DNA of 64,000 bases from Longimicrobiales bacterium (GCA_965226375.1 CBDDCX010000007.1:224001-288000), one strand, 5' to 3'; counted from the first letter of the stretch, positions 42,246-51,739 are shown. Made by a program: numbers and translations. The notes: generated by a model from the sequence alone, not told the origin.

Positions 42246-45200
42246 ATGGCGTCCTGGATCAAGTCGCTCTTCGGCGGCAACGAAGAGCTTAGCGAGCTCA
42301 CGGAGCTTCCCGAGGATCTCCAGAAGATATTCGTGCAGGCCAAGAGAGACCGAAAAGCGCTCAGGGACCTTCTCAAGCGGTCGGAGAAGGCGCAGCAGGT
42401 GCTCCAGGACGTCTCGGCACCGCTGGCGGCTGTGCAGGCCAGTGCGGAGTCCATGACCCTGCAGATGAACGAGCTCCAGGCGCGGGTCGACTCGTTTACG
42501 GACGTCTCGGAGCAGGTGGACTCCGTCGAACAGCGCGCCATGGCACTCACCGAGTCGCAGAGCAAGGCGTCTACCACGCTGGACGACGCATCGAAGAGGG
42601 TCAGCGACCTGAAGATGCAGGTTCGGGACATTCGCTCGATGGTGGATGAGATCGTCACGGCCCGTGACGACCTGACGGAGATGGCGGGCCCCTACGGCAC
42701 CGTCGCCACGCTCCTCAAGCGGGTGAACGTGCTTCGTGAAGAGCTTCAGCAGATGCAGGACCGGGGGGCGGTGCTGAAAGAAACGTCGGATAAGCTGGAT
42801 CTGGTCGAGGGGCAGATCACCGAGATCACCGATTCCCAGAAAGAGCTCGCCGATACCGTGACGCGGGGCACCAATTCGGCCAACCGACTCGAGGGACAGG
42901 TAACGGAGCTGCAGGTGCAGGTCGAGAAGGTGTCCGACGCCAGGGCAGTTATGTCAGAGCTGCTAGGCCCCAACGGAGGTCTTTCCATAGTTCAGAAGCA
43001 GTTCGGCAAGCTCAAAGACGAGCTCGCCCGCATCGAGGGCCGCACGCTCGATCTGGGGCAGCTTGAGGAGCGGGTCTCCGTGATCGGCCGACAGGCCGAC
43101 TCGGTGGAGGAGGACCAGCGCAAGGGGCTCGAAGTGATCCAGTCCTCCGCCCACGAGGTCAAGGATCTGGACGCCAGGGTCGCGGATCTCCATGAGGCGG
43201 TACAGTCGGTGTCGGTGGCCAGACAGGAGATTGCCGAGTTGGCCGGACCCAAGGGGGCGCTCGCCAAGCTTCGCACCCAGATGGAGGAGGCCAGGGCGCA
43301 GTTCTTGGACTACGGACAGGACGTCGCGCGGATCCGGGAAGATCAGTCCGACGCCCGGAGCTCGCAGGAAACCATCCTCTCCCGGTATGAAGAGTTCCGG
43401 ACCAAGATGGACGCCGTGGATCAGGGCGTGGAGCATGCCACCAATCGCGTGGCCAGCGTCGAGAACACGATGCAGGATCTCACCAGGGCCGAGGAGCTGG
43501 CGAGCCGCACGGAACGACAACTCAACGCATTGCGGGGTCTTTCCGATCACGTGAGCCAGAAGACCACCGCGCTGGAGCGCCAGCGCGAGGCCATCGATCG
43601 CACGGAAGCCCAAGCCCGTGCCCTCACGGACCTTCACTGGGAGCTGGAGTCGAAGCTCAAGGAGGCCAAGACGCAGGTCAAAGAGGTGAAGAAGGTCAAC
43701 GCGAGCGTCGAATCGCTTCGGACTCTGCACGCGCAGGTGGCTGAACAGTCGGATGAGCTACGGGCGGGACAGGCGAAGATCCGGACCGAAGACCAGGCCT
43801 TGCGAGCTTCCCTGTCCGGGCTGCAGGAAGAGGTACGACGCAGTACGCAGAGTTACGAGCTCGGGCAGGCCAACCTCGAGGCCATCGATCATCGGATCAC
43901 GGATCTACGCGAGGGCGTGACCGAGTTCGAGAATCGTTTCCGCGCTCTCGACGAGGCGAGCCAGCGCGTAAGTGAGGCCACCCGTCGGGGTGATCACCTG
44001 TCCGGTCGCCTGACATCTCTGTCGGCCCGGCTCGATCAACTCGGTGAGCAGGTGGAGTCGGTCGCCGGGATGAGCGAAGGCATGACCAGGGCGGAGGAGG
44101 CGGCGGTGGAGGCGGCCAGTCGTCTCGAGCGTATCGAGGCGCGTCAGTCCGAGGTGCAGGACGCCGTGCGCGATCTCACCACCCTGAGAGGCTCCCGCGA
44201 AGAGGTGATCAATGCCCTCGAGCGGCTCAGGGCCACGCGGTCGGAGATCGAACGCATGCAGACCGGGCAGCTGGAGACCGGCGCGTGGCTTGCGAGCGCG
44301 CAGGAGTCCATCGTCGAGCTCCGAGAGAGGATATCCCAGCTCGATGACCTGACGGCCAACGTGGATCACATGCGCAGGAACGCCGATCGTGTGATCGCGG
44401 TCGCGTATCAACTGGAGCAACGCGAGCCGTCGCTCACAGAGCTGGACGACCGCATGTCGGAGTTGCGGGCCATCGGCACGCAACTCGACGAACGCACGAG
44501 CAACCTGCTCGCCGGCCTCGCCGACGCCGACCGCCGCTTCGAGGCCGTGGCCACCCGGGCCGCGGCGGCCGACCAGGTGCGTGACGTGATCGACGAGGTG
44601 ATGGCCGCCGTGCGAAAGGCCGAGAACCGGATGGAGGAGCTCGGAGAGGGTGTCGACACAGCGGTGGAGAGAGCCGAGTACATCAAGTCCCTGTCCGAAC
44701 GCGTGGATCGTGTGGCCGGCGACATCGCACAGCGTCAGCAGGCTCTCGACAAGGCCATGGAGCATCTCGATCGAGTCGCCACGCTGCGCCAGGAGGCAGG
44801 AACGGTCGTTCAGTCGCTCGAAGACCAGCTGCGTTCCGTCACAGAGCACCTTGCGCAGGCCGAGGAGCAGTCCGCCAAGGTTGGAAGCCGTGCCGAACTC
44901 CTGGAAGCGCGGGCCGGCAGCCTGCGTTTTGCGGAGAAACGCATCAGGCAGTTTGAGGACAAGCTCGCCGATCTCGACAAGGTCGAGCAGGAACTCGACC
45001 GCTCCATCGACACGTTGGTGGCCAGGCAGGGCAGCATCGACCAGGTGCGCGACGAGGTCCAGGAGCTCTTCGCCCGGGCGGAGAGCACGCTCAAGGACGT
45101 GCGAGCCATTTCCGCGGCCACCGACGAGGTGCAGACCGCCAGCGACAACCTCGCGGCCATCCGGGCCAAGGCCGAAGAGATGACCGAGGTGCTCGCGACC

Positions 45201-45473
45201 ATAGACAAGCGGCAGGAGCAGATCGAGCACGCCGAAGGGCGTCTCGCTCGTGCCGACGGCCTGCTCATGGACATCCGAGCGGGACTCGAGTCGCTGCGCA
45301 GTCAGAAGGCCGTCGTAGACCATGTCATTTCGACGTCCGGACAGCTCACCTACGAGGCCAAGGAGGCCGAGCGGCTGCTCGTGCAGCTACGCCAGGAGCG
45401 GGACCTGACTCAGGGCATCCACGATGCACTGAGGGAGATGCGCGACGAGGACTCAGAGGCCAGGGCGGGCTAG
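42246..45473 (+). CDS. 1075-aa almost entirely coiled-coil protein
   Basis: Heptad-rich (E/Q/L/A/R) throughout. No Walker motifs or TM. GAGG RBS. Confidence 0.8.
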   Translation: MASWIKSLFGGNEELSELTELPEDLQKIFVQAKRDRKALRDLLKRSEKAQQVLQDVSAPLAAVQASAESMTLQMNELQARVDSFTDVSEQVDSVEQRAMALTESQSKASTTLDDASKRVSDLKMQVRDIRSMVDEIVTARDDLTEMAGPYGTVATLLKRVNVLREELQQMQDRGAVLKETSDKLDLVEGQITEITDSQKELADTVTRGTNSANRLEGQVTELQVQVEKVSDARAVMSELLGPNGGLSIVQKQFGKLKDELARIEGRTLDLGQLEERVSVIGRQADSVEEDQRKGLEVIQSSAHEVKDLDARVADLHEAVQSVSVARQEIAELAGPKGALAKLRTQMEEARAQFLDYGQDVARIREDQSDARSSQETILSRYEEFRTKMDAVDQGVEHATNRVASVENTMQDLTRAEELASRTERQLNALRGLSDHVSQKTTALERQREAIDRTEAQARALTDLHWELESKLKEAKTQVKEVKKVNASVESLRTLHAQVAEQSDELRAGQAKIRTEDQALRASLSGLQEEVRRSTQSYELGQANLEAIDHRITDLREGVTEFENRFRALDEASQRVSEATRRGDHLSGRLTSLSARLDQLGEQVESVAGMSEGMTRAEEAAVEAASRLERIEARQSEVQDAVRDLTTLRGSREEVINALERLRATRSEIERMQTGQLETGAWLASAQESIVELRERISQLDDLTANVDHMRRNADRVIAVAYQLEQREPSLTELDDRMSELRAIGTQLDERTSNLLAGLADADRRFEAVATRAAAADQVRDVIDEVMAAVRKAENRMEELGEGVDTAVERAEYIKSLSERVDRVAGDIAQRQQALDKAMEHLDRVATLRQEAGTVVQSLEDQLRSVTEHLAQAEEQSAKVGSRAELLEARAGSLRFAEKRIRQFEDKLADLDKVEQELDRSIDTLVARQGSIDQVRDEVQELFARAESTLKDVRAISAATDEVQTASDNLAAIRAKAEEMTEVLATIDKRQEQIEHAEGRLARADGLLMDIRAGLESLRSQKAVVDHVISTSGQLTYEAKEAERLLVQLRQERDLTQGIHDALREMRDEDSEARAG

Positions 45474-45527
45474 AGGGCCACTGAAGCGGGTACGGAGGGT
45501 CGCTTTACGCGGCCGTAAATGGCCGCG

Positions 45528-46223
45528 TTAGGCGTCCACGACGGACAGCTGGGTGGCTCGCTCCAGGGCCGCGGTCAGAGCGGCGTTGATGGCGTCCGAA
45601 GCGAAGCCGCGCCGACTCAGGAAGGCGTGCAGACGGCGTCGACCCCGTTCGCGTTCCGGAGAGCGGTCGTTTGTCGCGAGCGCTTCGGCCACCGTGGGGT
45701 TCTGACGCTCCACCCACTTCTCCGCTACCTCCACGGCGAGCCTGTGCTCCGACGTTTCTTCTTCTGAGAATGCATCTTCGATGGCCTTGTCAGCGACTTC
45801 GCCGGGCACACCCTTCTGTCTGAGCTCCTGCATCAAGCGGAATCGTCCCCGCGGACGAAGCCGGATGCGGCTCCTCGCGAAGGCCGAAGCGAAGGCCTGA
45901 TCGTCCAGGAACCCTTGCTCCCGGAGGAGGTGGATACACCACTCGACCAGGGCAGGGGGGAAGTCCTTCTTGCGAAGCCGGGTGCGGAGCTCCTGTTCGG
46001 CTCGCGGCCGATAGGAGAGGAGATGTAAAGCCGCCTGGCGAACGCGCCACTTGGTGTCGTCCTCCTTGAGGCGGACGAGATCTGTGGGCTGGATCTCGGT
46101 GCCCACATGGATCCCGGAGCGATCCATGACGTCCAGGGCGATCTCGAGCGGCTCATGACCCTCGATGTGTACCAGAACCCGGTCTCTCTTCCGCGGGGCG
46201 AGATGGATCCGGAGGATCTTCAC
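45528..46223 (-). CDS. recX: Regulatory protein RecX
   Basis: ALHLLSYRPRAEQELRTRL, GFLDDQAFA, QELRQKGV, FLSRRGF. Confidence 0.9.
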   Translation of the reverse strand: MKILRIHLAPRKRDRVLVHIEGHEPLEIALDVMDRSGIHVGTEIQPTDLVRLKEDDTKWRVRQAALHLLSYRPRAEQELRTRLRKKDFPPALVEWCIHLLREQGFLDDQAFASAFARSRIRLRPRGRFRLMQELRQKGVPGEVADKAIEDAFSEEETSEHRLAVEVAEKWVERQNPTVAEALATNDRSPERERGRRRLHAFLSRRGFASDAINAALTAALERATQLSVVDA

Positions 46224-46262
46224 ACCGTCATTGTAGAACCGTCACTGTAGAACCGTCATTGT
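46224..46262 (+). repeat. 14-bp tandem repeat x2.8
   Basis: ACCGTCATTGTAGA ACCGTCACTGTAGA ACCGTCATTGT. Confidence 0.85.
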
Positions 46263-46564
46263 CCGTACCATCCTCCGGCCACGAGGTCCCGGAAGAGAAT
46301 GATTGGACGCCCGTCTTCCAAAACGAGGGCGAAGTACTCCCTGGAGATGGGAGTGCGCCACCACTCGTCGTCGATTCTCCAGCGCTCCCGTACCGCCACC
46401 ACCCGAAACCGCTTACCGCGTCGGTGCAGTTCGGCGGGTAACCCCTCTTCGTCGGTACGCACCTGAACGGGAGAAGGGGATTTCAACGGGCGAAGCCTCT
46501 GCCGTTGAAGCCTGCTCGGTCGCCCGTTGGAGGCGTCGTTGGATGATGGAGTCGGAGGGCTCAT
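46256..46564 (-). CDS. Small ImuB-C-terminus-like protein (DUF6504-like)
   Basis: RERWRIDDEWWRTPISREYF...LFRDLVAGGWY. Confidence 0.75.
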   Translation of the reverse strand: MSPPTPSSNDASNGRPSRLQRQRLRPLKSPSPVQVRTDEEGLPAELHRRGKRFRVVAVRERWRIDDEWWRTPISREYFALVLEDGRPIILFRDLVAGGWYGQ

Positions 46565-46594
46565 CACCTTCTCGGTGTCACGGTTATTATGGAA

Positions 46595-46627
46595 ACCGAA
46601 TATAACCCGAAAGTGTGGGCGATGCAA
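46595..46627 (-). promoter_or_regulatory. Promoter with candidate operator for the DUF6504-like/recX unit
   Basis: TTGCAT-N17-TATATT on the minus strand. ACCGAATATAACCCGAA at 46595-46611. Confidence 0.7.
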
Positions 46628-46676
46628 TTCATCAATGGGATGACTTCGACCTCCCGTGGTCATCCAGCCGGCCTCT

Positions 46677-47252
46677 TTATTCCCCGGATCGTTCTTCGCC
46701 CAGCAGCCGCGCAGTCTCGACCTGGCCAAGGCGTTCGAAGAACCGGTCGCCGAACGCCCGTAGCGTCTCGTTGTCCGGAAAGGCCGAGGACGGAATGGTC
46801 AGGAAGGAGTTGGCGCCCGAGTAGATGAGGAACGCCCCGTCCGACTCCTTGATGTCCTCGATGGCGCTCCACTTCACGAGCCATTCGTAGCCGGTGGTGG
46901 AGTCCAGGATGCCATCGTCCCGCAGCTCCACGCGATGAGGCCCGAAGATACCGTTGATGAGGCCGAGCTCGGCGACCTTTTTGATCTGGCGCTTCTGCGA
47001 ATGGCGAACGAGAGGCTTCAGCGCACCGACCAGGAGCGCGCCGGTGAACGCCATGACGAGGGCCCCCACGACCGATGCGCCGCCGATGAACAGGAGCAGA
47101 CTCATGAGCCCGACGATCACGGCGAACAGGGCCTGCATCTGCGTAAGTGCCTTCTTGGTCAGCTCCGAGTTCCAGGAGTGTGTGGCGTTGGCTGTAGCCC
47201 AGTCTTCAGGTGTGAACTCGAACTCGACCGTGATTGGGCCCGACTCTGGCAA
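46677..47252 (-). CDS. YcxB-family membrane protein
   Basis: Two TMs, then VKWSAIEDIKES...LTIPSSAF. Confidence 0.75.
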   Translation of the reverse strand: MPESGPITVEFEFTPEDWATANATHSWNSELTKKALTQMQALFAVIVGLMSLLLFIGGASVVGALVMAFTGALLVGALKPLVRHSQKRQIKKVAELGLINGIFGPHRVELRDDGILDSTTGYEWLVKWSAIEDIKESDGAFLIYSGANSFLTIPSSAFPDNETLRAFGDRFFERLGQVETARLLGEERSGE

Positions 47253-47376
47253 TTCCGGCCTCCCGACGGATGTGGGCCGACTGTCATGTGCTCTTGATAC
47301 TCAATTTACATGTGGGGCGGGTGGGTTGCGATGATAACGGGGTCGCATGCTGAAGACACGGGGCGCCGCACGAGAC

Positions 47377-47404
47377 TACGTATGATCTCGTTCCGACATA
47401 CGTA
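47377..47404. repeat. 28-bp palindrome (11-6-11), related to 57362-57390
   Basis: TACGTATGATC TCGTTC CGACATACGTA. Confidence 0.6.
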
Positions 47405-47509
47405 TGCACGGAGTGAGTGATGTCTTAGCGCATCCCGCGACCCTTGCGTGTCCCGTTGCCCCTGAGCAAGGTTCGCTGGCTCTTCCGAGGGGAAAGATTA
47501 ATGAGCAAA

Positions 47510-48040
47510 GGGGGTATTCCCCGCACTCCAGCCTCCACGCCCCCGACATAGCTCTCGTCCACTTGCACAACGCCGCTCAGCTGGTCGCGATCCGGTCGGA
47601 CCATGGCCCGGCGGAGCTTGTGGAGCCAGACCCACGCTGTCTTGTAGCTTCCCAGTCCGAGCACGCGCTGGAGCCCGAGAGCATTGGCTCCGTATTTCTG
47701 GCTCGTGAGCTCCCAGGCAGCGAGAAACCACAGACGCAGGGGCGAGCGCGTGCGGTGGAACACGGTTCCCGCCAGCACCGAGGTCTGCCTTCGACAGTGT
47801 GGGCAGACGAGACGCCCCCGCGATGCTCGCCAGACCTCTCCCAACCCGCCACAGCCCACGCACACAAACCCTTCCGGCCAGCGCAGACCCTCCACGTACT
47901 CCAGGCATGCCGCATCGTCGGGGAAGAACTCGTCCAGCTCCAGCCGCGTACGGGGATAGTCCACGCCGCCACGGAGCTGAGAAGCCGGAACCGCCATGAC
48001 CACAACATGTAGTGGGCGGTGGACTTAAGGCAATACCCCA
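47510..48040 (-). mobile_element. Internally deleted copy of the IS1595 element
   Basis: Matches 17551-~18072, joined directly to the last ~12 bp of the right IR. Confidence 0.9.
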
Positions 48041-48227
48041 TATACCTCATACGTTCACGGCGCGGCGTCCGCAGATCTGGATTGTGACGGAGACATCGTC
48101 CGTTCGGTGTGAGCCGCCGCTGGCGGAATCCCGTGGCCACGCCTTCCTAACACAACTTGAAAGCACGCCCCCTGTGGGTACCGTGGAGTTGCGAAACGAC
48201 CATGGACCACAGCAGAGGGCGGCTCTC

Positions 48228-49319
48228 ATGAAGCGGAACACCAAGTATGTGGGACTCGACGTGCACCAGGCAATGACGGTGGCGACGGTTCGGGGCCAAG
48301 GGGGACGAGTGATCGCGCGCAGCGTGATCGAGACGGGGGACGCATCGATCACGGAGTTCTTCAGCGCGATGCGCGGGTCGGTGCACGTAGTGTTCGAAGA
48401 GGGAACCCAGGCGCAGTGGCTCTACGACCTACTGAGTCCTCGTGTGGATCGGGTGATCGTATGCGATCGCAGAGGCGAAAAGCGTTCGGGCAACAAGGGG
48501 GACCAGGTCGATGCCGACGAGCTGTCGGAGCGGTTGCGGTGTGGCGGGCTGCGCGCGGTATACCACGGCGCACACGGCCGATCTGATCTCAAGGAGCTGA
48601 CTCGAGCCTATCGCAACCTCGTCGAAGACGGCACGCGCGTGATGCTGCGGCTCAAGGCACTCTTCCGTGCGCGGGCGATCCGAACCACGGGCGGCGGAGT
48701 CTACCAGCCGAAGCAGCGCGGCGCCTGGCTCGCGCAGCTACCGGAGGGAGGAGCTCGTCTACGAGCCGAGACCCTGTACGCTCAGCTCGATGTGCTTCGG
48801 GCTCAGCGCAAGAAGACCAAGGCGGCCATGGTCGCCGAGGCGAAGCGTGATCCGGCCTTCGGGGTGCTCGAGACGATCCCCTACTTTGGGCCCGTGCGTA
48901 TCGCACTGTTGCTAGCAACCATGGGTACGCCGTGGCGCTTCCGCACGAAGCGCAACCTGTGGGCCTATGCCGGACTCGCCGTGGTCACGCGCTCGAGCTC
49001 CGACTACGAGTTGTTCGATGGGCGTCCTCGCCGGCGGCGGCGCCCTCCGCTCACTCGAGGGTTGAACCGCAACCACAATCGAGTCCTCAAGAATGTCTTC
49101 AAGGGCGCCGCCAACGTAGCCATTGGACGTCCGGGCCCATTCCTGGACTTCTATAACCGAATGCTCGAGCGCGGGATGCGCGAGGAGCTCGCCCGTGTGA
49201 CGCTGGCTCGCAAGCTCGCAGCGCTCACCCTTCGTCTACTCAAAACCGGAGAAGTCTTTGATCCGACGCAGCTGAGTCGACCCCAAACATTGAGGGGGGT
49301 TCATCGTCCTAGGGTGTAG
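48228..49319 (+). CDS. IS110-family DEDD recombinase/transposase
   Basis: YVGLDVH, FEEG, NKGDQVDA, YAGLAVVTRSSS, LARKL. Confidence 0.93.
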   Translation: MKRNTKYVGLDVHQAMTVATVRGQGGRVIARSVIETGDASITEFFSAMRGSVHVVFEEGTQAQWLYDLLSPRVDRVIVCDRRGEKRSGNKGDQVDADELSERLRCGGLRAVYHGAHGRSDLKELTRAYRNLVEDGTRVMLRLKALFRARAIRTTGGGVYQPKQRGAWLAQLPEGGARLRAETLYAQLDVLRAQRKKTKAAMVAEAKRDPAFGVLETIPYFGPVRIALLLATMGTPWRFRTKRNLWAYAGLAVVTRSSSDYELFDGRPRRRRRPPLTRGLNRNHNRVLKNVFKGAANVAIGRPGPFLDFYNRMLERGMREELARVTLARKLAALTLRLLKTGEVFDPTQLSRPQTLRGVHRPRV

Positions 49320-49720
49320 GGGTGCAGCGCATGACCTTCGATCCCTTGGAACGTCGAATCCCTGGACGACGGTGCGGGAGGCAGTCTCAAGCAAATCCGT
49401 ACGCCCGGCTCGCAGTCATGCCGAGGCACGATCCTAACTCCAGGCCCTTCCGCAGAACCCGAAGAAGTGTCAGGCCGGCCCCGAGGCTGAGTCTCAGATA
49501 GAACCATGGTTCGCGTCGTACGACCTAGGTCCACTCAATCAAGTCCAGACGGATCGACCATCCAAGTGAGGATCATCGTGGCCGACACGAAGACTGACTC
49601 ATCCAGCACACCACTCCCTGACGATCCGGTCATTCCAGCCAAGCGGAGGCTGAGTGCCAAGCCCAACACGGCTTCGCAGACAGCCGGGGCGGAGCCCGGC
49701 CTTGACACTCTCTTTCATAG
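49320..49720 (+). ncRNA. Putative bridge/seek RNA region of the IS110 element
   Basis: Four short segments match the two strands of the target and of the donor junction (see findings). Confidence 0.65.
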
Positions 49721-49806
49721 AACCAATTTGCGATCCTGCTGCGCCCCGAGGATGCCAGATCGCGATAGCGCTACGCGAGTTTTCCGCAGCCATCGCTGGT
49801 TAGGGC
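49721..49806 (-). repeat. attC-like hairpin site interrupted by IS110 (other end at 48144-48151)
   Basis: AACCAATTTGCGATCCTGCTGCG ... CGCAGCCATCGCTGGTTAGGGC imperfect inverted repeat. Confidence 0.65.
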
Positions 49807-49836
49807 GTAGACTCACGGGTCTGCGGTCGTGCTGGC

Positions 49837-50358
49837 TCAGGGCTCGTTACTGACTAGGAGGTCCGGCGCCGACGCATTTGATCCCGACTGCAGCTCCAAA
49901 GGGTTTCGCTTCGCCAGCGAAACGGTTGCGGCTGCCAACCCCGCGGTAACGGCCCCGTAGGAGGCAGCACCCGCAACAAGGGCAGTCAGCTGCAAGGCGA
50001 TAGGGATAGGGAGACCCAGTATACCTTCGGCCATCCTGACCGCGTCCGACAGGCTTGCGACCGCGATCGTACCCACTAGGGCCACGGCAGCCCCCACGAC
50101 GAAGCCCCACAATGCGGCTCGGTGGGCCGTCAAGTCATCGAGGGTTCGCCGTCCTTCCATCACTGACAGAAGACCGCCGAAACCCACACCGAGGACAAGC
50201 CCAGCGACCCCTGCTACGACACCGAGGCCCAGAGCCGAACTCAAGAACGAAGTCGTGGAGATCAAACCCCCGAGTGCCGTGCCAACGGCGCCAAGGGCGA
50301 TACCCCAGATGGTCCCGATCCCCAGGGCAGCTTTCAACTTCCTTGTCAGGTTTCCCAC
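49837..50358 (-). CDS. Hypothetical membrane protein (putative cassette gene)
   Basis: Gly/Ala-rich multi-TM protein with a GGGAG RBS. Confidence 0.65.
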   Translation of the reverse strand: MGNLTRKLKAALGIGTIWGIALGAVGTALGGLISTTSFLSSALGLGVVAGVAGLVLGVGFGGLLSVMEGRRTLDDLTAHRAALWGFVVGAAVALVGTIAVASLSDAVRMAEGILGLPIPIALQLTALVAGAASYGAVTAGLAAATVSLAKRNPLELQSGSNASAPDLLVSNEP

Positions 50359-50421
50359 TGCTTCTCCCTACCGGCTAGCCTCTTCTACGCCCTAGCTAGT
50401 CGTTGTACTACGAAAACTCAT

Positions 50422-50586
50422 GTCCTATGACGCGCTCACTGACTCACGACGCGGAGGTGGCGTAGCCACCGGAATGTCCGCGAAGCGGCCGAGCCGTTGC
50501 TCATCGTAAGATCCAAGCTGCCGTAGCGCGACATGCGCGGAGGGGCACTTCGGCGGAGGTGGTGGTGAGTACCGGCCTCATCCGAC
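50422..50586 (-). repeat. Degenerate attC-like site
   Basis: GTCCTATGACGCGCTCACTGACTCACGACGCGGAG resembles GTCCGATAACGGGCTCACGCGCTCCCGCGCGGAG. Core triplets are mutated. Confidence 0.45.
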
Positions 50587-50660
50587 GGCGCAAGTTGCGT
50601 CCATTGGCGCCGACATCAAGGCGGCCTTGTCATAAAACAGATATCTGCCTATTAATTATC

Positions 50661-51026
50661 ATGCGTCGAAAACCGGGTGAGCTCATTCCGCTGGAAATAG
50701 AGATCCTTGAAGCCGCTGTGGCTCTCCAGCGGGAAGGCATCCCGGCCTTCCACGGTTATTCGCTCGCAAAGAGCATGAAGACCGACTCCGATCGCCGGAT
50801 GCTCACGGCCCACGGAACCCTATACCGCGCGCTTCATCGATTGCAGCGCGCAGATTTGCTCGAGGGGTTCTGGGAGGATCCTGTTGAGGCGGAGCAAGAA
50901 AGCCGCCCGCGCCGTCGTCTGTATCGGCTCACAGCGTTAGCGGTGGTCGCGCTCAGCCGCGCCCGAGCGCGGCAGCGCGCCAGCGGCGAACTACCTTCGC
51001 TAGAAGGTGGGCTGGAGGTTCCATGA
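50661..51026 (+). CDS. PadR-family transcriptional regulator
   Basis: FHGYSLAK, HGTLYRALHRL, RPRRRLYRLT. Confidence 0.88.
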   Translation: MRRKPGELIPLEIEILEAAVALQREGIPAFHGYSLAKSMKTDSDRRMLTAHGTLYRALHRLQRADLLEGFWEDPVEAEQESRPRRRLYRLTALAVVALSRARARQRASGELPSLEGGLEVP

Positions 51027-51739
51027 GCGCAGCCCGGCGGATCGCCGTGAACGTCGCACGCACCTGGGTGCATCTCTACACGAGCCGTATGCCGACGGAG
51101 TTGCGCGTGACCAGGCGCGCGGAGATCGATGCCGACCTTTGGGACCACGAGAAGGATGCGGAAGAAGGGGGTGTACCCCCGCTGGTCACTGCGCTGGAGA
51201 TCTTCCTGCGAACCTGTCTCGGCGTCCTGGACGACTTGAGCTGGCGTTTCGAAGCCCGTCAACCGGGAGTTGGCGCTTCACGAAAAGGAAGGAGTACCAT
51301 GATGGACTTCTCAGCAAGACAAACACGGTGGATGGGGATTCTCTCAGTCGCCGGCGGTGCGATCGTGATGCTGATGCTCGTGGTGATTCCTACCCTCCAG
51401 TCGTACTTCGCTTCGGCCGGAATTCCGCTGCCGCTCCCGACCCGCATCGTCATCGGTAGGTCCGCGTTCCTGACGGGCTATTGGTGGGCCTGCGTCGCGG
51501 GGATCGTCGCCTTTTCCCTGGCCGTTAGACAGCTCGACAAGATTCTGCGGGACACGATGCTCACCAGGGTCGCCGCCTTCTACGACGACGAGGTGGACAG
51601 CGCGGTGGAGGCGCTGCTCACGAAGATGGAGCCGATCATGATCGTCGGGCTGGGCGTTGTAGTGGGTGGACTGATTATGGCCATGTACTTACCGATGTTC
51701 GATGTTGGTCAACGCGGTGAAGTAAGACGTTGCTATTGA
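51023..51739 (+). CDS. PadR-partner membrane protein fused to type II secretion F/PilC-derived segments
   Basis: N-terminal WVHLYT...RRAEIDADLWDH. C-terminal LPLPTRIVI and FYDDEVDSAVEALLTKMEPIMIV...MYLPMF. Confidence 0.65.
   Translation: MSAARRIAVNVARTWVHLYTSRMPTELRVTRRAEIDADLWDHEKDAEEGGVPPLVTALEIFLRTCLGVLDDLSWRFEARQPGVGASRKGRSTMMDFSARQTRWMGILSVAGGAIVMLMLVVIPTLQSYFASAGIPLPLPTRIVIGRSAFLTGYWWACVAGIVAFSLAVRQLDKILRDTMLTRVAAFYDDEVDSAVEALLTKMEPIMIVGLGVVVGGLIMAMYLPMFDVGQRGEVRRCY

Larger units (their letters stand above)
48152..49723 (+). mobile_element. IS110-family (IS1111-type, long 3' non-coding end) element
   Basis: AAC core at both junctions (48149-48151, 49721-49723), subterminal TGAAAG/CTTTCA and TTGACA at 49702-49707. 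Confidence 0.85.

Noticed and set aside
27530..45323. Long antisense ORFs (e.g. 27530-28816, 28997-30415, 34443-35801, 43905-45323)
   Set aside because: Shadow frames of real genes in high-GC DNA with no recognisable motifs.
42246..45473. SMC annotation for the coiled-coil protein
   Set aside because: No Walker A/B, signature motif or hinge is visible.
24489..46262. Short tandem repeats (24489, 46224) as CRISPR arrays
   Set aside because: Units are 11-14 bp with no spacers, and no cas genes are in the window.
47333..47457. GATAACGGG...CCCGTTG hairpin as a terminal att site
   Set aside because: Inverted repeats exist, but the bulge geometry is opposite to the other sites and pairing is ambiguous. 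Not called.
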